Assembly (NCBI GenBank): GCA_973895155.1
Contig: OZ316898.1
Coordinates: 1,959,927-2,023,926 of the forward strand
DNA length: 64,000 nt
Origin: Marsupella aquatica
Lineage: Eukaryota > Plantae > Marchantiophyta
Direction of reading: 5' to 3'
The first letter of the stretch is position 1. Each line of letters begins with the position of its first letter. Shown here piece after piece: positions 1 through 13,600 of this stretch. The notes beneath the pieces were generated by a model. That model had not been told where the DNA came from. It saw nothing but the letters and a program-made list of their open reading frames with translations, and did not search any database. The translations under genes were made by a program, and so were the position numbers.

Positions 1-185
1 GGATTGGGGGGATTGATGCAATTGCAGACCCAATCGATGCAGCAAATATTTTAGCTTTGGTGCCAAATTCAAATAGAGAAGCTCATACTCTACCAAACTA
101 TGGCCATTCAGATTTTATTTTGGGTTATAATGCTTACATAGATATTTATCCATCTCTTATAGCATTCCTTAAGAAGCATGTGTAG
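1..185 (+). CDS. Last exon (partial) of a LIP1/gastric-type triacylglycerol lipase, copy 1; the gene starts upstream of the window
   Basis: The frame from base 3 reads IGGIDAIADPIDAANILALVPNSNREAHTLPNYGHSDFILGYNAYIDIYPSLIAFLKKHV*. It contains the catalytic Asp (GGxD) and His (YxHxDF) regions and is nearly identical to 24988-25172. Confidence 0.85.
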   Translation, partial: IGGIDAIADPIDAANILALVPNSNREAHTLPNYGHSDFILGYNAYIDIYPSLIAFLKKHV

Positions 186-1545
186 GATCCAGCAGCAAAT
201 TCTATTATTGGCATCAGACATGCATACATGAGTTTATGAAAAAGATTATGGAAGTGGTCATTCAGACTTACCTATAGGAGGTGGTCAACTAGGTAGAACA
301 GGGGGCAGCTATCATGTAATTACCAAATCTGCAGCAACAAAATTTTAGGTAGAAGGCTCCAGAGAGCGCAATCAGCAGACATGCTGCAGCCTGTATCACA
401 CTCTAGACGGAAAGAGAGTTGATGTTGTTTGATACAAATCTGCAAATTGCTGTCGATATAAAGCTTGGGTGTTGCCCATTCCCTTTCAGTGATTTGGCAT
501 GAGTTGAAGCATGAGTTGGAAGACAAAGGTAGAAGACAGGACAGATGGAGGTAAGAGAACTGAACCTGGACTCTTGGAGTAAAAAGGAGACTTGCATGTC
601 TGCTTGTTCTTGTAAAGGCCCCCATTAGTCTCTACTTTGGATGTTGATCATTATTTAGAAAAGGAAGACTTGCATATCAGCTGGTTCTTGTAAAGCTCCC
701 ATTAGTCTCCATTCATTGTAGATGTTGATAATTAGTACAAGCTTTTTGCCTTCTTGTATTTGCTTCTGGCCTTTTGAGTAAATATGCTCTTTTGCCTCTC
801 AAGTTACTTTATCGTACTTACGCAGTTATCTTGAAGCTATGACCTACACGAGCCTGAATGATGGCTGCACAGAAAAGGCTGGGCCCCAACTGTACGCCCC
901 AAAAAGGCAAAAATCCTACACCCCTTATACATTACACCCTCTCCATGCACAGGACAAGCCTTCCCTGTTAATAGTACCCATATACCTATTTGAGCTTTCT
1001 TCCTGATTCCAAGTGTAAGTGCCAGCATATTTCCCACCAAGTGTGCCCCATGAAGCACCATAGGATAGTACGTCGTGCCTAGAAATGAACATGGATTGAC
1101 GGGTGTCCAAATCATTTTACTCTGTTTTTCTTTTGGATTGTTTTTCTGGACAAACAAATGGACTCAAATGAAGGGTTGTTATGTTGCTGAGGCTTATCGT
1201 CATCCTCTAGCCAGGAATTTCAGGATATATAAGCTCAGATTGGATCTGCATTTTAGACCATTTGCTCACCAAGCTCATTTCTACAATTATAATTATATCG
1301 CCATCCTAAGACAATGTGCTTTTAAGTAGAGTGATATGGATTTAGGAGAAGAACAAACTTAGTTAGTTGACTTTGATAATAGAAAGAGAATTTTAAGTAT
1401 CCCATCCATTCAAGTGAAGAAAATCAAAACCCTAGACACAAAAACCAAGATTCCATTTCAAATAGGTTGCTCTTTTTCTCAGACAGAATTAAATTGTGAA
1501 CCTCTGCTTTAATGCTTGTGAGGAAAAGAATGAAAGTTCTCCCCA
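1..1545 (+). repeat. Segmental duplication copy A (lipase 3' end plus downstream flank), paralogous to 24988-26916
   Basis: Colinear near-identity by eye from ggattggggggattgatgca to gaaaagaat(g/a)aaagttctcccc. Confidence 0.9.
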
Positions 1546-2589
1546 GTGATGGACCTTGCCACCCAGCGCCCTCACCAATCCCAACACCCACACCTAAGTG
1601 CCCTTGGTGCCTGAACGCCTCCATGGAACTCCTTGAGCAAGCAACTTGTTGCCCTCAACCCAACCGCGGCCCCTCCCATACAAAGCTGCACTTGGCCTCT
1701 AGCATGACCGTCGCTCAACGGTCCTCATTGTCTGCACAAGCAACCAAGCAGTCTGGTAAGTAACCCATAAGTCGGCCCATAAGGATCTAGATCTCCCAAG
1801 TCTAGCATCTTAGTTAACTCAAGCTCAACAGACATTTGGTAAGTAGGTCAGCAATAGGTTCTCCCGATGCCATAAGCTGGAACCAAAATCGATACCCACT
1901 GTTCATCCAGAATAGGTCCTTCCTTGGGTGCAGCCCGGGTTCCCCTCGTATCTATCCATCACCAACTGACCACCCTGCCCCCAGGACATTCTCATGGTCC
2001 AAATAGCGTAGCTTGTCCTAAAGCTTGTCCCAACACGCTGGGACCAGAATGACCCCAACTCTAGCAAGCCACTCCCGGTTCTCACTCTATTGATGGTCTA
2101 GGGGCCAAGTGCTCTTGGAACTCAACCTCCATGCTTACTTGGCCTTGCCTCCCCAACGCAAGCTCCCTTGGGAGACTGAACGCGGCTTGGCTGCTATTTC
2201 GGGAGGATTTGGCAAGTGGGTGAGATAGCCCCCATAGCCCCCATAACCCCCAAGAACCCATGACACCCCTCGACCCAGCTGAGCTCAGGAGAATGTAGTA
2301 CTCCTCAAGAGCTTTCTAACGCACCCAAGAAGTTCTCCAATGGACTTCTCGTTGGGAAGCTATCGCCATTTCCGTTTGACGTTTTCTCTTGGTTTCGCGA
2401 CCGTCGCGGCCCACGACTTCGGCTCGCCCTTAGCCCCTAGGGAGACACCACTCCCCTCATATATGCTTCTGGTGACCTGCCATCCCCAGACCTACTTTGG
2501 TCTTCAAATTTTGGCCCCTCACCTGGAGTCCCGCCTGGAGTCCCCCAACCCGCATGTCTGGGCGCGCCACTAACACTAGTAGAAAACAA

Positions 2590-3350
2590 TGTATTTTATG
2601 ACGGAAACAATGACTATTAATCAGGTCTTTTTAACAAAACAATGACACAATCGTTCTTGTCTTTCCAGACGCGTCACAACGGACATTTTGGTCACGGTCC
2701 TTTTGGACAAATGACGCTAAAAACATGTGGTCATTTCATACTATCCTAAATGACAGTTTTTATGATATGGTCATAAATGCTGAACGGTCCAAAATGACGA
2801 CACAAATCACCATCGACGGTCAATTGCCGTTGACCGTCGACGGTCCCCGTACCCAATCACACAATGACACGTGGCCATCAAAAAGCAAATAACATTGGTC
2901 ATTTTGGACTTGTCCAAAATGACGTACATTATATAACAAATCAAATAGTGACACATGGTTCAAAGAGGATTCACCATTTGGCAATATATTTGGGTCATTT
3001 TGGACGTGTCCAAAATGACTACGATATAAACAAGTCATATTAAGACACGTGGTTCAATTAGGAGGAGACACATAAAGATACACATTAGTCATTAATGACA
3101 TGTCTTGAATGACATCAAATGAGTCATAGTGGACTTGTTTATAATGACCATGAGAGCGGTCATTGTATATGTCATTCTTTGAATCATTTAGTCTATGTCT
3201 TTAATGACCAGAGTTGAGTCATATTGGTCACAAAGATAGTAGTGGATAATGACCATTACATCAGTCATTCTAGCCAGTCATTTAGGTGAAATATTCAATG
3301 ATTTGGAGAAATTCAAATTTAAGTGATCATGATAAATAAAACTTCATGTC
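2590..3350. repeat. CACTA left subterminal repeat region (AATGAC/GTCATT motifs in both orientations)
   Basis: Dozens of aatgac/gtcatt hexamers, also present at about 14200-15070. These resemble TnpA-binding subterminal motifs. Confidence 0.8.
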
Positions 3351-3635
3351 ATTCAAAAATCATACATTACAAAGCCATTCAATGGATTTGCTGAATGAAA
3401 ACTTAAAGAAACATTCCATATATATCACAAATTCAATTGACATTCATACAAGATACCTTCATAAGTCTCACAGTAAGTATTGAACTCAATGCAAATTTAT
3501 GAAACAAAATTACATTGGCATCAATAATATTAGATTGTCAATTGTTACAACCTGACATACCAATCACTCTGCATGTTTTATAGAAAAACAGAGCTGATTC
3601 TATCATGTCTAGTGTTTCTTGACAGAGTGCTATTT

Positions 3636-6510
3636 CTATTGCTTCTTAAGCAATCTAGAGTTCCATAGGGCATTCATCCCTTTCACATCAGATAATTTAG
3701 ACTGTTTCTCCCCTACATTGGCAAATGGCAATGCCACATCTACAAACACTTCAATCACACGCACTCGCAAGAAAGGGCTTTCAAATTCTGCACAATGAAA
3801 CTTATCTTCTCCTGGCAGCCCTGTCACCTCACCTTCTGCCACTATCATGGAATTGTCCACAACGCTCTTCATCTTCACCAAATCTCCTCTTGCAAACTAT
3901 GAACAACACATTTTGTTAAAAATGCAATAAACAGAAATTGAAAGATAGAAGAACACTCAAATCAAACACACATTTACCTTAGTTTGCAATGGGGTTAGGA
4001 GACTGCATTGGTTTCTTCTGTGCAGGTGATGCATTTGCTGAAGATCCTTTCTTCCTTTTCTTCTTTCCCTTTCTAGTTGATGGAGTGTCATCATGCTCAC
4101 TTGGAACAGGAGTTTCTTTTGGCAACTCAGATGATTCTGGGGTTACATCTGGTGTCAACTGAGTCGACTTATCCTCTGGTAACTGAAAGGCATCTGAAAT
4201 GGCTTCTTTGGGCAACTTAGATGGCAAAAGGTTCACTTCCAATTCAGTTTGCTTTAGAGTACTGTTAGCTGTGTCAGTTGGTCTTCCCTGCGACACAGGA
4301 GGCTCCCCTAAAGATGCTGTCATAAAACACATACAAGAGAAATGCATAAACAAACATGTATACACCAGCAACATATAATCACACTAGAACATGCAAGAAC
4401 ATTATAAACATACAATGACATATATACACCACAATAATTACATTGAATTGACAGTGAATAGATGATAGAGAATTTTACCTCCATTATCACCTGAAAAAGT
4501 AAGAGATCGTTTTCTACTACCTTCTTTGGTAGCTGTAGTCAACTTACTGTGACTAGGAACAAATGTTGGAACTTGTGCATTACTGGAGTGATGTGCCATC
4601 CATATAGTCATCATGTTTGTCAACTCCTTCACAGTGCCTTTCAACTCATCGACATCCAATTTGACAGCCCCAATGGCAGTGATCTCTTCTTTTGAATGTG
4701 GGGTTTGTAAATGAACCACAAACCAACACAACATTCTCATTGTCAAACTAACAAACGACACAACACTCTATCAAATGGAAAATGATGTACAAATCAGATT
4801 GGAATGACAATACTCACAGCTGATCCATGTCTGTATCCTTGCCCCAGTAAGCTAGCGCTTTTACCCTCCCCACTTGCCAATGACGGGCTCACCTTTGCTC
4901 CCAAAAAACTACTAGTCTGACCTTCTGCACTTGCCAATGATGGGCTCATTGTCACCTTTGGCAATGAGCCCTGACTACCAAGGTTTTCTTTCAGGTCAGA
5001 TATACCTGGGCTTGATCCTCTCTTCTGCTTCTGTTCAAACACACAATGAATGAGAAACTCAGAGTCTGTTTTCATCAAGATTCACAAACAAGACAGAATT
5101 GATAGTGAAAATGATATAGACAGTTTACCATTCTCTTTGCTGCTGCAGCATGCCCTCCTCTACCAAAGTGACTGGTATCTTGCACTCGTGCTCTTTTATC
5201 AGTCATCTGTTTACTCAAAGATATCAATGCTGGACTGGTGAAATGAGATACCAAAGCTGCCCATTTCTTTGGATCAACACCAAATGGCCCAGGTTTGGTT
5301 GGATCCTCATTGCAAACTTTCTTCCAGTAAACATGCATTTTATGGCGCTCTCTCTTCAATATGCCACGACAATGACTCTGGAATTTGTTGTCAATAAATT
5401 CCCCACCCACATACTCCCACTCAGCTGCCATGTTCTTCCACACACTGGTTATATGAACTCGTGGATGATCAGTCCATTTTGGCTTTGATACATCAAAGAT
5501 TCTGAGTACATTGCCACGAAGTTCCTCCAACCAGTACTGTTTGTTGGGATCAGAATCATCGATATCATTGTCATAAATATGCATTTCACATGCAATGTTA
5601 ATTCATAACTTTGGAATTTATGCATAGTCCAGGTTTTATACACACAATAACAGAGAGGATCTATGTCTAAATCTACATTCAAAAAAAGTACAATACTCAC
5701 TTTAATGGTTTGGGCAAATCTCCCTGATTCCTTCGTACTTTGGCAGCATTATCAAACATCTTCTTAGCATGCCTTCGTTCCCTGCGCATCTCAGAGGCCC
5801 CGCCTGCAATGCACACACATGCTTTCACTCAGAAAATATGTACATTGAAAAGTTGAGCAAATGCACTTGCATATGCATGACGAGCAGATTTGTATTACCT
5901 GAAGATCCTCTGGAATGTAGTACGTCAGATTGACCTGATCTGCCTTCAGATGCTGATGGAACCACTAAACAAACACACACCACCAAGCACTTCAGTGAAT
6001 TTTAGGAAAATGTAGAATATCAATTTCCAAACACACTGAAAAGGTATATCAGTACAATCCACTCACTTTCGTATAACAGTCCAGTGTCTGGGTCTTTCCA
6101 ACATCTCACCAGCCCACCTCCACTAGGCCCAGTCTTCTTAGGACCACGATTTTGTTTTTGTACCTACATCATGGACAACGTAGGCATATTAACAAATACT
6201 TTGAAACAAGGACAAGGATTTAGGGTTTAGGATGATGAAGTTCAAGCATTATCTGCTGTTCACTCTCAGGTTCTGACCCTCCAATGTCAGAATCCTCAGT
6301 GTCATACCCAGCACTGGCATAGCCATCATCACCAGACTCTGCCATGTTCACCTTGGTAACTTGTGATAGTCTAGAGCTCCTCCTCTTTGGCAATGTTCCA
6401 GTTGAAGTACCTTTCACCAATGCAGGCTTTTCTCTCTGTCGTTGTACATGTGTGGTTGGGCCTCTAAGGAACAAAGCAATCATCAACATACACCAATGCA
6501 GATCAAACAT
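3636..6510 (-). CDS. CACTA TnpA/ORF2-like protein, multi-exon (Ptta/En/Spm Transposase_24-like and Tnp1/En/Spm C-terminal-like domains); exon borders approximate
   Basis: 5075-5584 reads ...PFGVDPKKWAALVSHFTSP...KRARVQDTSHFGRGGHAAAAKRM. 3636-3881 reads IVAEGEVTG...FHCAEF...VRVIEVFVDVALPF...LSDVKGMNALW. Low-complexity exons with GT-AG borders lie between. Confidence 0.7.
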
Positions 6511-6896
6511 ACATGCAAGCAGAATCTACAACACAGTAATAATGGTACTTATGTACAGGTTCCATACTAGTATGAGACCAATCTGGAATATGAAAACAAA
6601 ACATGAACTTGACAACTCCATATATCTACTGAATCAAATTTGCAACAGACATTTTAACACACACATCAGCATGCAGTCTGGCCCCAGTCCTAGATCACGC
6701 ATAATGCTGACATTATGCTCTATGTTCCGCTTTCGGGCCTCCTCATAAGCATTCACAGAATGTGACAACCCCTGCAATCTTCCTTTCACAGGCTGCATTC
6801 ACCAACTGCACAAATGGGCAAAACATTAGACAGTCTGATTTCATATATAGTCCATACATGTAGTCCATCTATGGACTTCACACACCTAAAACCTAT

Positions 6897-8155
6897 TCAC
6901 TGCTTAGGCCTACCCTTTCTTGCAGATCCCTCTGCATCTCTGCCTCGTTTGGGACCAGTACTTGGTCCTGGATTTGCTCTAGTCCTACAGGCTTTAGCCA
7001 ATTCAATGTGTAATTTGGCATTGTTTTCCATTGTAGCATGGAAATCAACATCTGTGGCATCACCTAACACCCTTGTGGACCTGGATTCTTTGTGGAGGAT
7101 TGTTCTCCATGCTATCCCCTTCTCATTGGGGTGGAAGAAAACCTGCTCCACTTGCTTTGGGAAAACGTAATCCATTTTCTTGGACACACCCAGTTCTCTA
7201 TGGAAATTCACCTGCCAAAGACCAGACTCAGAATACCTCATACTGGCAGAGGATTTAGGAGTCCATGATGGATCTGCCCATTTCCCTTTGAAAAGAATCA
7301 CCTCTTTCCTCAAGCTGCCGTAATTCAGTACTAAGATATTTGTCAAGGCCCCTACATACTGTACAGATTCTTCTCTAGTTGCGCCAGACCTGTCCACCCG
7401 CTTCTCAGTGAATGTCGAAGCCATCCCAGAATCAAAAGTGCTGAATGCACCAGAATCACAATCACTCAAACACCCCAAGGATGGAATAGTCCTCCAGTGA
7501 TGCCCATAGGCTCTGCATGCCCTATACAGTCGTGCCTTCAAACTAGGTGGTGTGGAGTATGCAGATAGTAATGACCGCTCAGACTCTGTCTCAAAATTAT
7601 GGGTATTGACTAATGTTTGAAACCATTCCCTGAAAGGTGGCAGTTCTTGGCAGTCAAGGGGAAATTCCACTGGTTTTCTTCGATTGGCAGGCTTCCTCAT
7701 CCATTCCTTCCGGAAATCCACTCTTCGTTTGGTAACAGTCTCATTGGTAGCATCATATATCCTACATGGCAACAACAACACTCAAGACATTAGTGCACGG
7801 TCCACCATGAATATACAAACACAATGGGGCAGCATAATTATGATGCATATGGTACAGGGTTTACATACCTATACCATGGAGCCACTGTCTCTTCATTCTC
7901 CAATATATAATGATGCATGGCCATCATTTCAGACCAATTCAAAGTTATCTCCTTTGCAGCCCCTTCCAAGACAATGCCTGCAACGCCAGCATCCTCCTCC
8001 AACTCCCAGGTTCGTTTTCCCTCTCCCTTAGCATCAATCATGTATTCAGAAAGGAATCCCAAAGACTCATCTAATACATAGCCTTCAGCCATAGAAGCCT
8101 CTGGACGTGCCTTGTTTCGTACATAACCCTTCAAAACCTTCAGGTTATCTTTCTA
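6897..8155 (-). pseudogene. CACTA transposase (TnpD), C-terminal DUF4218/DUF4216 part only; 5'-truncated and frameshifted
   Basis: (ERY)LKVLKGYVRNKARPEASMAEGY is DUF4218-like, with a +1 insertion near 8146. An intron lies at 7762-7868. DSGMASTF...YVGALTNILVLNYG...LFKGKW...YVFPKQVEQVFF is DUF4216-like. No Transposase_21 core is visible upstream. Confidence 0.85.
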
Positions 8156-9399
8156 GGTCAGACACTGCCAATAGAATTTTGAACACAACAAGCACAGCAA
8201 ACACTGCCAGATATAGAATTTTGAACACAAGGGTATGGCATCCAGATTTGCCTAAACTCAATCAACTTAATAGCTGCATATTTTTATGTTCAATTAGGCA
8301 GCACTAAATAGAACAGCCTTTCACGCAGTCCGAATAATTGGCAATAATTGCCAGACAACAACAAGACAACAAACTGAGCTGAACATAGCAGACAAAACAA
8401 ACTGCACTCAATAGTAGACTAATCCCGCAAGTAGCAATCAGAAATCAACAGCAGACAGACAGAGGACAACTCGGTCAAAACTCGGGCACTTGATTTAGTT
8501 GTGGTAAATAGGAGAAAGCTAAGAAATAGAGAGAGAAAAAACCATTTCTTAGCAATTGGATCTGTCTGTGATCTCTGCTGCCTGATTACAATCAAGAAGA
8601 TTTTGCCAAAACAAACGATAAAGCTGAGGTGGAGTCATTCAAAGCCCAAGTCTTGATACTTCGTCAGAAGCATGATCAGTGGAGCGCTCAGCTACGTAGG
8701 CATGGGGTTTCGGAGGACGAAAGGCTTTTGCGGGCAGTGCAGGCAGCCGTTCAGGTTTGGGAAGATTTTGCCAAAACAAACAATAAAGCTCGAAGATAGT
8801 TAAATTTCTTAGGTCTCTGATAGTTAATGGAAGGTCGCAGTGGAGCTAGCATGGGACAGGGAAGGAAATGCAGGCACTTGTGATGCAAAAGGCTACAGAG
8901 GGCGAGAAGGTGGACAACCAATTCAAACTCAACAAACTCAAAGAACATGTAGCGAATGGAGAGGGATAGATAGAGAAAAAACATAAGCAGAGAGCTCTGG
9001 CACACAGCAACACAGGTCCCAACATAGCACATTGCAGGTCCCAGGCTGGGGTGGAGCCGGAAGTGGAGAGCACAGAGCAACCAGGCAAATCACAACATGG
9101 GCGCCAATGGGAATAAGGTCATACCTCTTCGCAGCTCTTGACCGACCAACAGCTCCTCACCGACCAGCGCTGCTGCAACTCCTCCCTGATGTAACCTCTT
9201 GCAGCTCCCGTAGCTCCTCCCGCAGCTCCGCAGCTCCTCCCGCAACTCTGCAACTCCTCCCACAGCTCCGCAGCTCCCAATGTAACACCTCCCGTAGCTC
9301 CCACAGCTCCTTCACGAACGGTGAGACTAGTTGCTTTCACTGCCTCCGATCCACGAGCTTCCACTGTTTTTGCCTTCCACAATGATCAGGGTCCCCAAC

Positions 9400-9710
9400 G
9401 CGCGAATGCCTTCCCTTCCCTCCCGCAACTCAAACATGTGCTCGGAAGAGTGTCAAAACTCCTCCCCTCCTGCAACTCCAACCTGTGCTCCTGCAGGTCT
9501 AAACGGTGAGACCAACGCGCAAATGCCTTCCCTTCCCTCCTGCAACTCCAATCTGTGCTCCCGGGGCAAATGTGCTCGGAAGAGTGTCGCAGCTCATCCC
9601 TCCTGCAACTCCAATCTGTGCTCCCGGGGCAAATGTGCTCGGAAGAGTGTCGCAGCTCATCCCCTCCCGCAACTCCCACCTATGCTCCCGGGGCAAATGT
9701 GCTCGCCTTC
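9400..9710 (+). repeat. ~63-bp minisatellite inside the CACTA
   Basis: The unit tgcaactccaatctgtgctcccggggcaaatgtgctcggaagagtgtcgcagctcatccctcc occurs at 9541 and 9604, with degenerate neighbours. Confidence 0.85.
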
Positions 9711-10699
9711 GTTCCCTGCGCTTGGTGGAATGGAGCACAAAGCTGCGCAGCCCTAAGCCCTTGCAATGTGCACACAAAGGCATGCCAAGAAATAAGCACA
9801 TAACGCGTTGCCCTCTTGATGTTTGTTGAGGAAAAAGGGCTCCTGTTGGTACGCGAGAAAACTTGAGCGGGATAAACCTAAATTGCTGGACCCCTAAACC
9901 CCGTAAAGGTAAGGTATTTTGTTGGATGGGGATGGTGGATATTGTGGGTCATTAATTAGGGTTATTTTTTGAGACTAGTTAATAACAATGTAACAAAACC
10001 CCCCATAAGGCCCATAGATAATACCAACTAAATAGGTTAATAACAAGGTCGGGACGCCCCCATAAGGCCCTAGGGAAGGCACTGAAGGTAAATAGCTCAT
10101 AATGTCGCGACACCCCCATAAGGTCATGGCTGTTTGTGTAGGTGCCCATAACCCGCCCCTCATTTAAACCTCCTTAATGGGAGGTGAGGGTGTTGTGGAT
10201 TACATTAGTGTAATTAACTATGTACCGGCCATGTTTTTTGGGTGATAGGTTATGTCTGCAAAAAGGACCATATGCATGAACACAATTTTGGACTACCTTA
10301 TTAGTCTCACCAGACTATATGACCTCCAATATGCCAACATTAATGGCTTCCAAGATGACAGCGTGAGTGACCCCACTTTTAGTCATTCATATTGAAGCAC
10401 TATTTAATTCACAAATGACCCAATGAACTCCCTTGTACCTCCAAAGAGAACCCCCCCCCCCCCCCCAATAGCCTTTGTAAGGACCACATTTCCAATCATT
10501 TGGAACTTCTTACTTGTAGTATGACAACCAAAATGACCCTAATTTGAGGTGTTTTCATTAATGACACACCATGAGGGACCTGTCTAATGACCACAAATAT
10601 GACTATAAAAATGACACTATATGTAGTCATTGGCATTCATGACACACCATTATGTGAAAATGACCCAATGAAGAGTAGATTACCTCTCGGAATGCCCCC

Positions 10700-13600
10700 T
10701 TACAATTCATTTGGAATTTAATAGAATATATCCAAATCCAAATATCGGCACAAACATGACATAGTTATATAGAAGGACATAGTCTTCCACTAGTATTGCA
10801 TTATATATCTCTTGGAGAGACAAAAACAATTTTTGCAAATCACTCCAAAGTTGTATGACTTGGGAGTGATTTCCCCAAAGTTACATCGTCCCTAAAGTAA
10901 ACGCAAAAACACAGCTCTAAAGTGCTAATGGTGCAACTAGTGGTTGGAGAATGGTAAATATAGTATTTTGCACCTAGTGGAGGGGTTGCAAGCTCTATGT
11001 GGGGCCACATGGCACTCTAGGGCCCGCCTCCAACCCTTAGCCCCAAATTGGTCATTCATGCTTGTCTCCAATGACTGCACTAGGGACATCTCAAATGACT
11101 CAAAGTCCAGTCATTTGCCTTATATGACATCCCATATGACCAATTCAATGACCCTGCTTGTAGTCATTGGCAATTATGACACGACTTTGTTAAAAAATGA
11201 CCCAATGAAGGTCCTAGTACGTCAAGAAAGAGGCCGCTTTAGATTTCTTGTAAAATAGGAATATTCCTATTCCTTTAACCAACACACATGTCCACCATAG
11301 AGGGAAGCACCACTACCACGCCCATCCCATTGGTGTTGCACTATCTCATTGAGGAACAAAACAAATGGCTCCATTTGCCTTAGGAACATAAGATATTCAT
11401 GATCCATGTTGGTGCTTTTGGCAAATCACTCCAAAGTTGTATGACTTGGGAGTGATTTCCCCAATGTTGCATCATCCCTTAAGTAAACGCAAAAACTCAC
11501 ATGAGGTACGGTGCTAATGGTGCAACTAGTGGTTGGAGAATAGTAAATATAGTATTTTGCACATAGTGGAGGGGTTGCAAGCTCTATGTGGGGCCACATG
11601 GCACTCTAGGGCCCACCTTCAGCCCCTAGCCCCAAACTTGTCATTTGTGCTTCTGTTTAATGACTGCATGAAGGGCCACACAAATGACCACAAGTCTAGT
11701 CACTTGACTTATATGACTTCCCATATGACAGTTTTAATGACTTGACTTTTGGTCATTGGCATTTATGACAAGTCATTGGTCACATATGACCCAATAAAGA
11801 CCCTAGTTGGAGTGCCCCCTCGCATTTCCTTTGCAATGGAATAGAATATTCCCCACCCAAACACTGGCATAGATATGACAAAGTTAAATAGAAGGACAAC
11901 AACCTTCCCCTAGTTTTGCCCTACCTCTTGGAGAACAAGAAAACAACTATTATTTCACATGGTGAGACTTTTGGCAAATCACTCCAAAGCCGTATGACTT
12001 GGGAGTGATTTCCCCAAAGTTTCATCATGCCTTAGATAAATGCAAAAATATGATTCAACATTAATTATGGTGCAACTAATGGTTGAAGAATAGTAAATAT
12101 AATATCCCGCACCTAGTGGAGGGGTTCTCACCTCTATGTGGGGCCACATGGCACTCTAGGGCCCACCTCCAGCCCCTAGCCCCAAACTGGTCATTTGTGC
12201 AGCACTACCTCTTGGAGAACCTCAAAAAAACTTTTATTTGCCTTTGGATGTGATGGTATGCATCCATGGTGACACTTTTGGCAAATCACTCCAAAGTCGT
12301 ATGACTTGGAAGTGATTTCCCCAAAGGTGCATCGTGCCTTAAGTAAACACAAAAACATGTGTCCAAAGTGTTTATGTCGCAACTAGTGGTTGGACAATGA
12401 TGAGTATAGTGTCCCGCACCTAGTGGAGGGGTTCTCACCTCTATGTGGGGCCCCATGGCACTCTAGGGCCCACCTCCAGCCCCTAGCCCCAAACTGGTCA
12501 TTTGTGCTTTTCCTTAATGATTGCATGAGGGACCCCTAAAATGACCACATATCCAGTCATTTGACTGATATGACTCTCCATATGACAGTTTTAATGACCC
12601 TACTTTTAGTCATTGGCATTTATGATGGGCCATTGCTCACATATGACCCAATAAAGGCCCTAGTACCTCCAAAGAGAGCCAGTTTTAGATTCCTTGCAAG
12701 GTTGGAATATTCCTATACCCTAATCCCGCACCCACACCATGCAGAGAAGCAAGACTCCCCTGCCCATTCCATTGGTGCAGCACTACCTCTTGGAGAACCA
12801 AAAATATGTTTTATTTGCCTTTGGATGTGATGGTATACATCCATGGTTGAACTTTTGGCAAATCACTCCAAAGTCGTACGACTTGGGAGTGATTTCCCCA
12901 AAGGTGCATCATGCCTCAAGTAAACGCAAAAACACGTGTCCAAAGTGTTTATGTCGCAACTAGTGGTTGGACAATGATGAGTATAGTGTCCCGCACCTAG
13001 TGGAGGGGTTCTCACCTCTATGTGGGGCCCCATGGCACTCTAGGGCCCACCTCAAGCCCCTAGCCCCAAACTGGTCATTTGTGCTTTTCCTTTCAATGAC
13101 TGCATAAGGGACCCCTCAAATGACCACAAATCCAGTCATTAGACTGATATGACTCTCCATATGACAGTTTTAATGACCCTACTTTTAGTCATTGGCATTT
13201 ATGACGGGCCATTGCTCACATATGACCCAATAAAGGCCCTAGTACCTCCAACTAGAGCCAGCTTTAGATTCCTTGCAAGATTGGAATATTCCTATACCCT
13301 AATCCCGCACCCACACCATACTCAGAAGCACCACTCCCCTGCCCATTCCATTGGTGCAGCACTACCTCTTGGAGAACCAAAAAACAACTTTTATTTGCCT
13401 TTGGATGTGATGGTATGCATACATGGTGACACTTTTGGCAAATCACTCCAAAGTCATACGACTTGGGAGTGATTTCCCCAAAGGTGCATCATGCCTGAAG
13501 TAAGCGCAAAAACATGTGTCCAAAGTGTTTATGTCGCAACTAGTGGTTGGACAATGATGAGTATAGTGTCTCGCACCTAGTGGAGGGGTTCTCACCTCTA

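Noticed and set aside
9032-9829. Many overlapping ORFs in the track
   Set aside because: They are artefacts of GC-rich, stop-poor tandem repeats.
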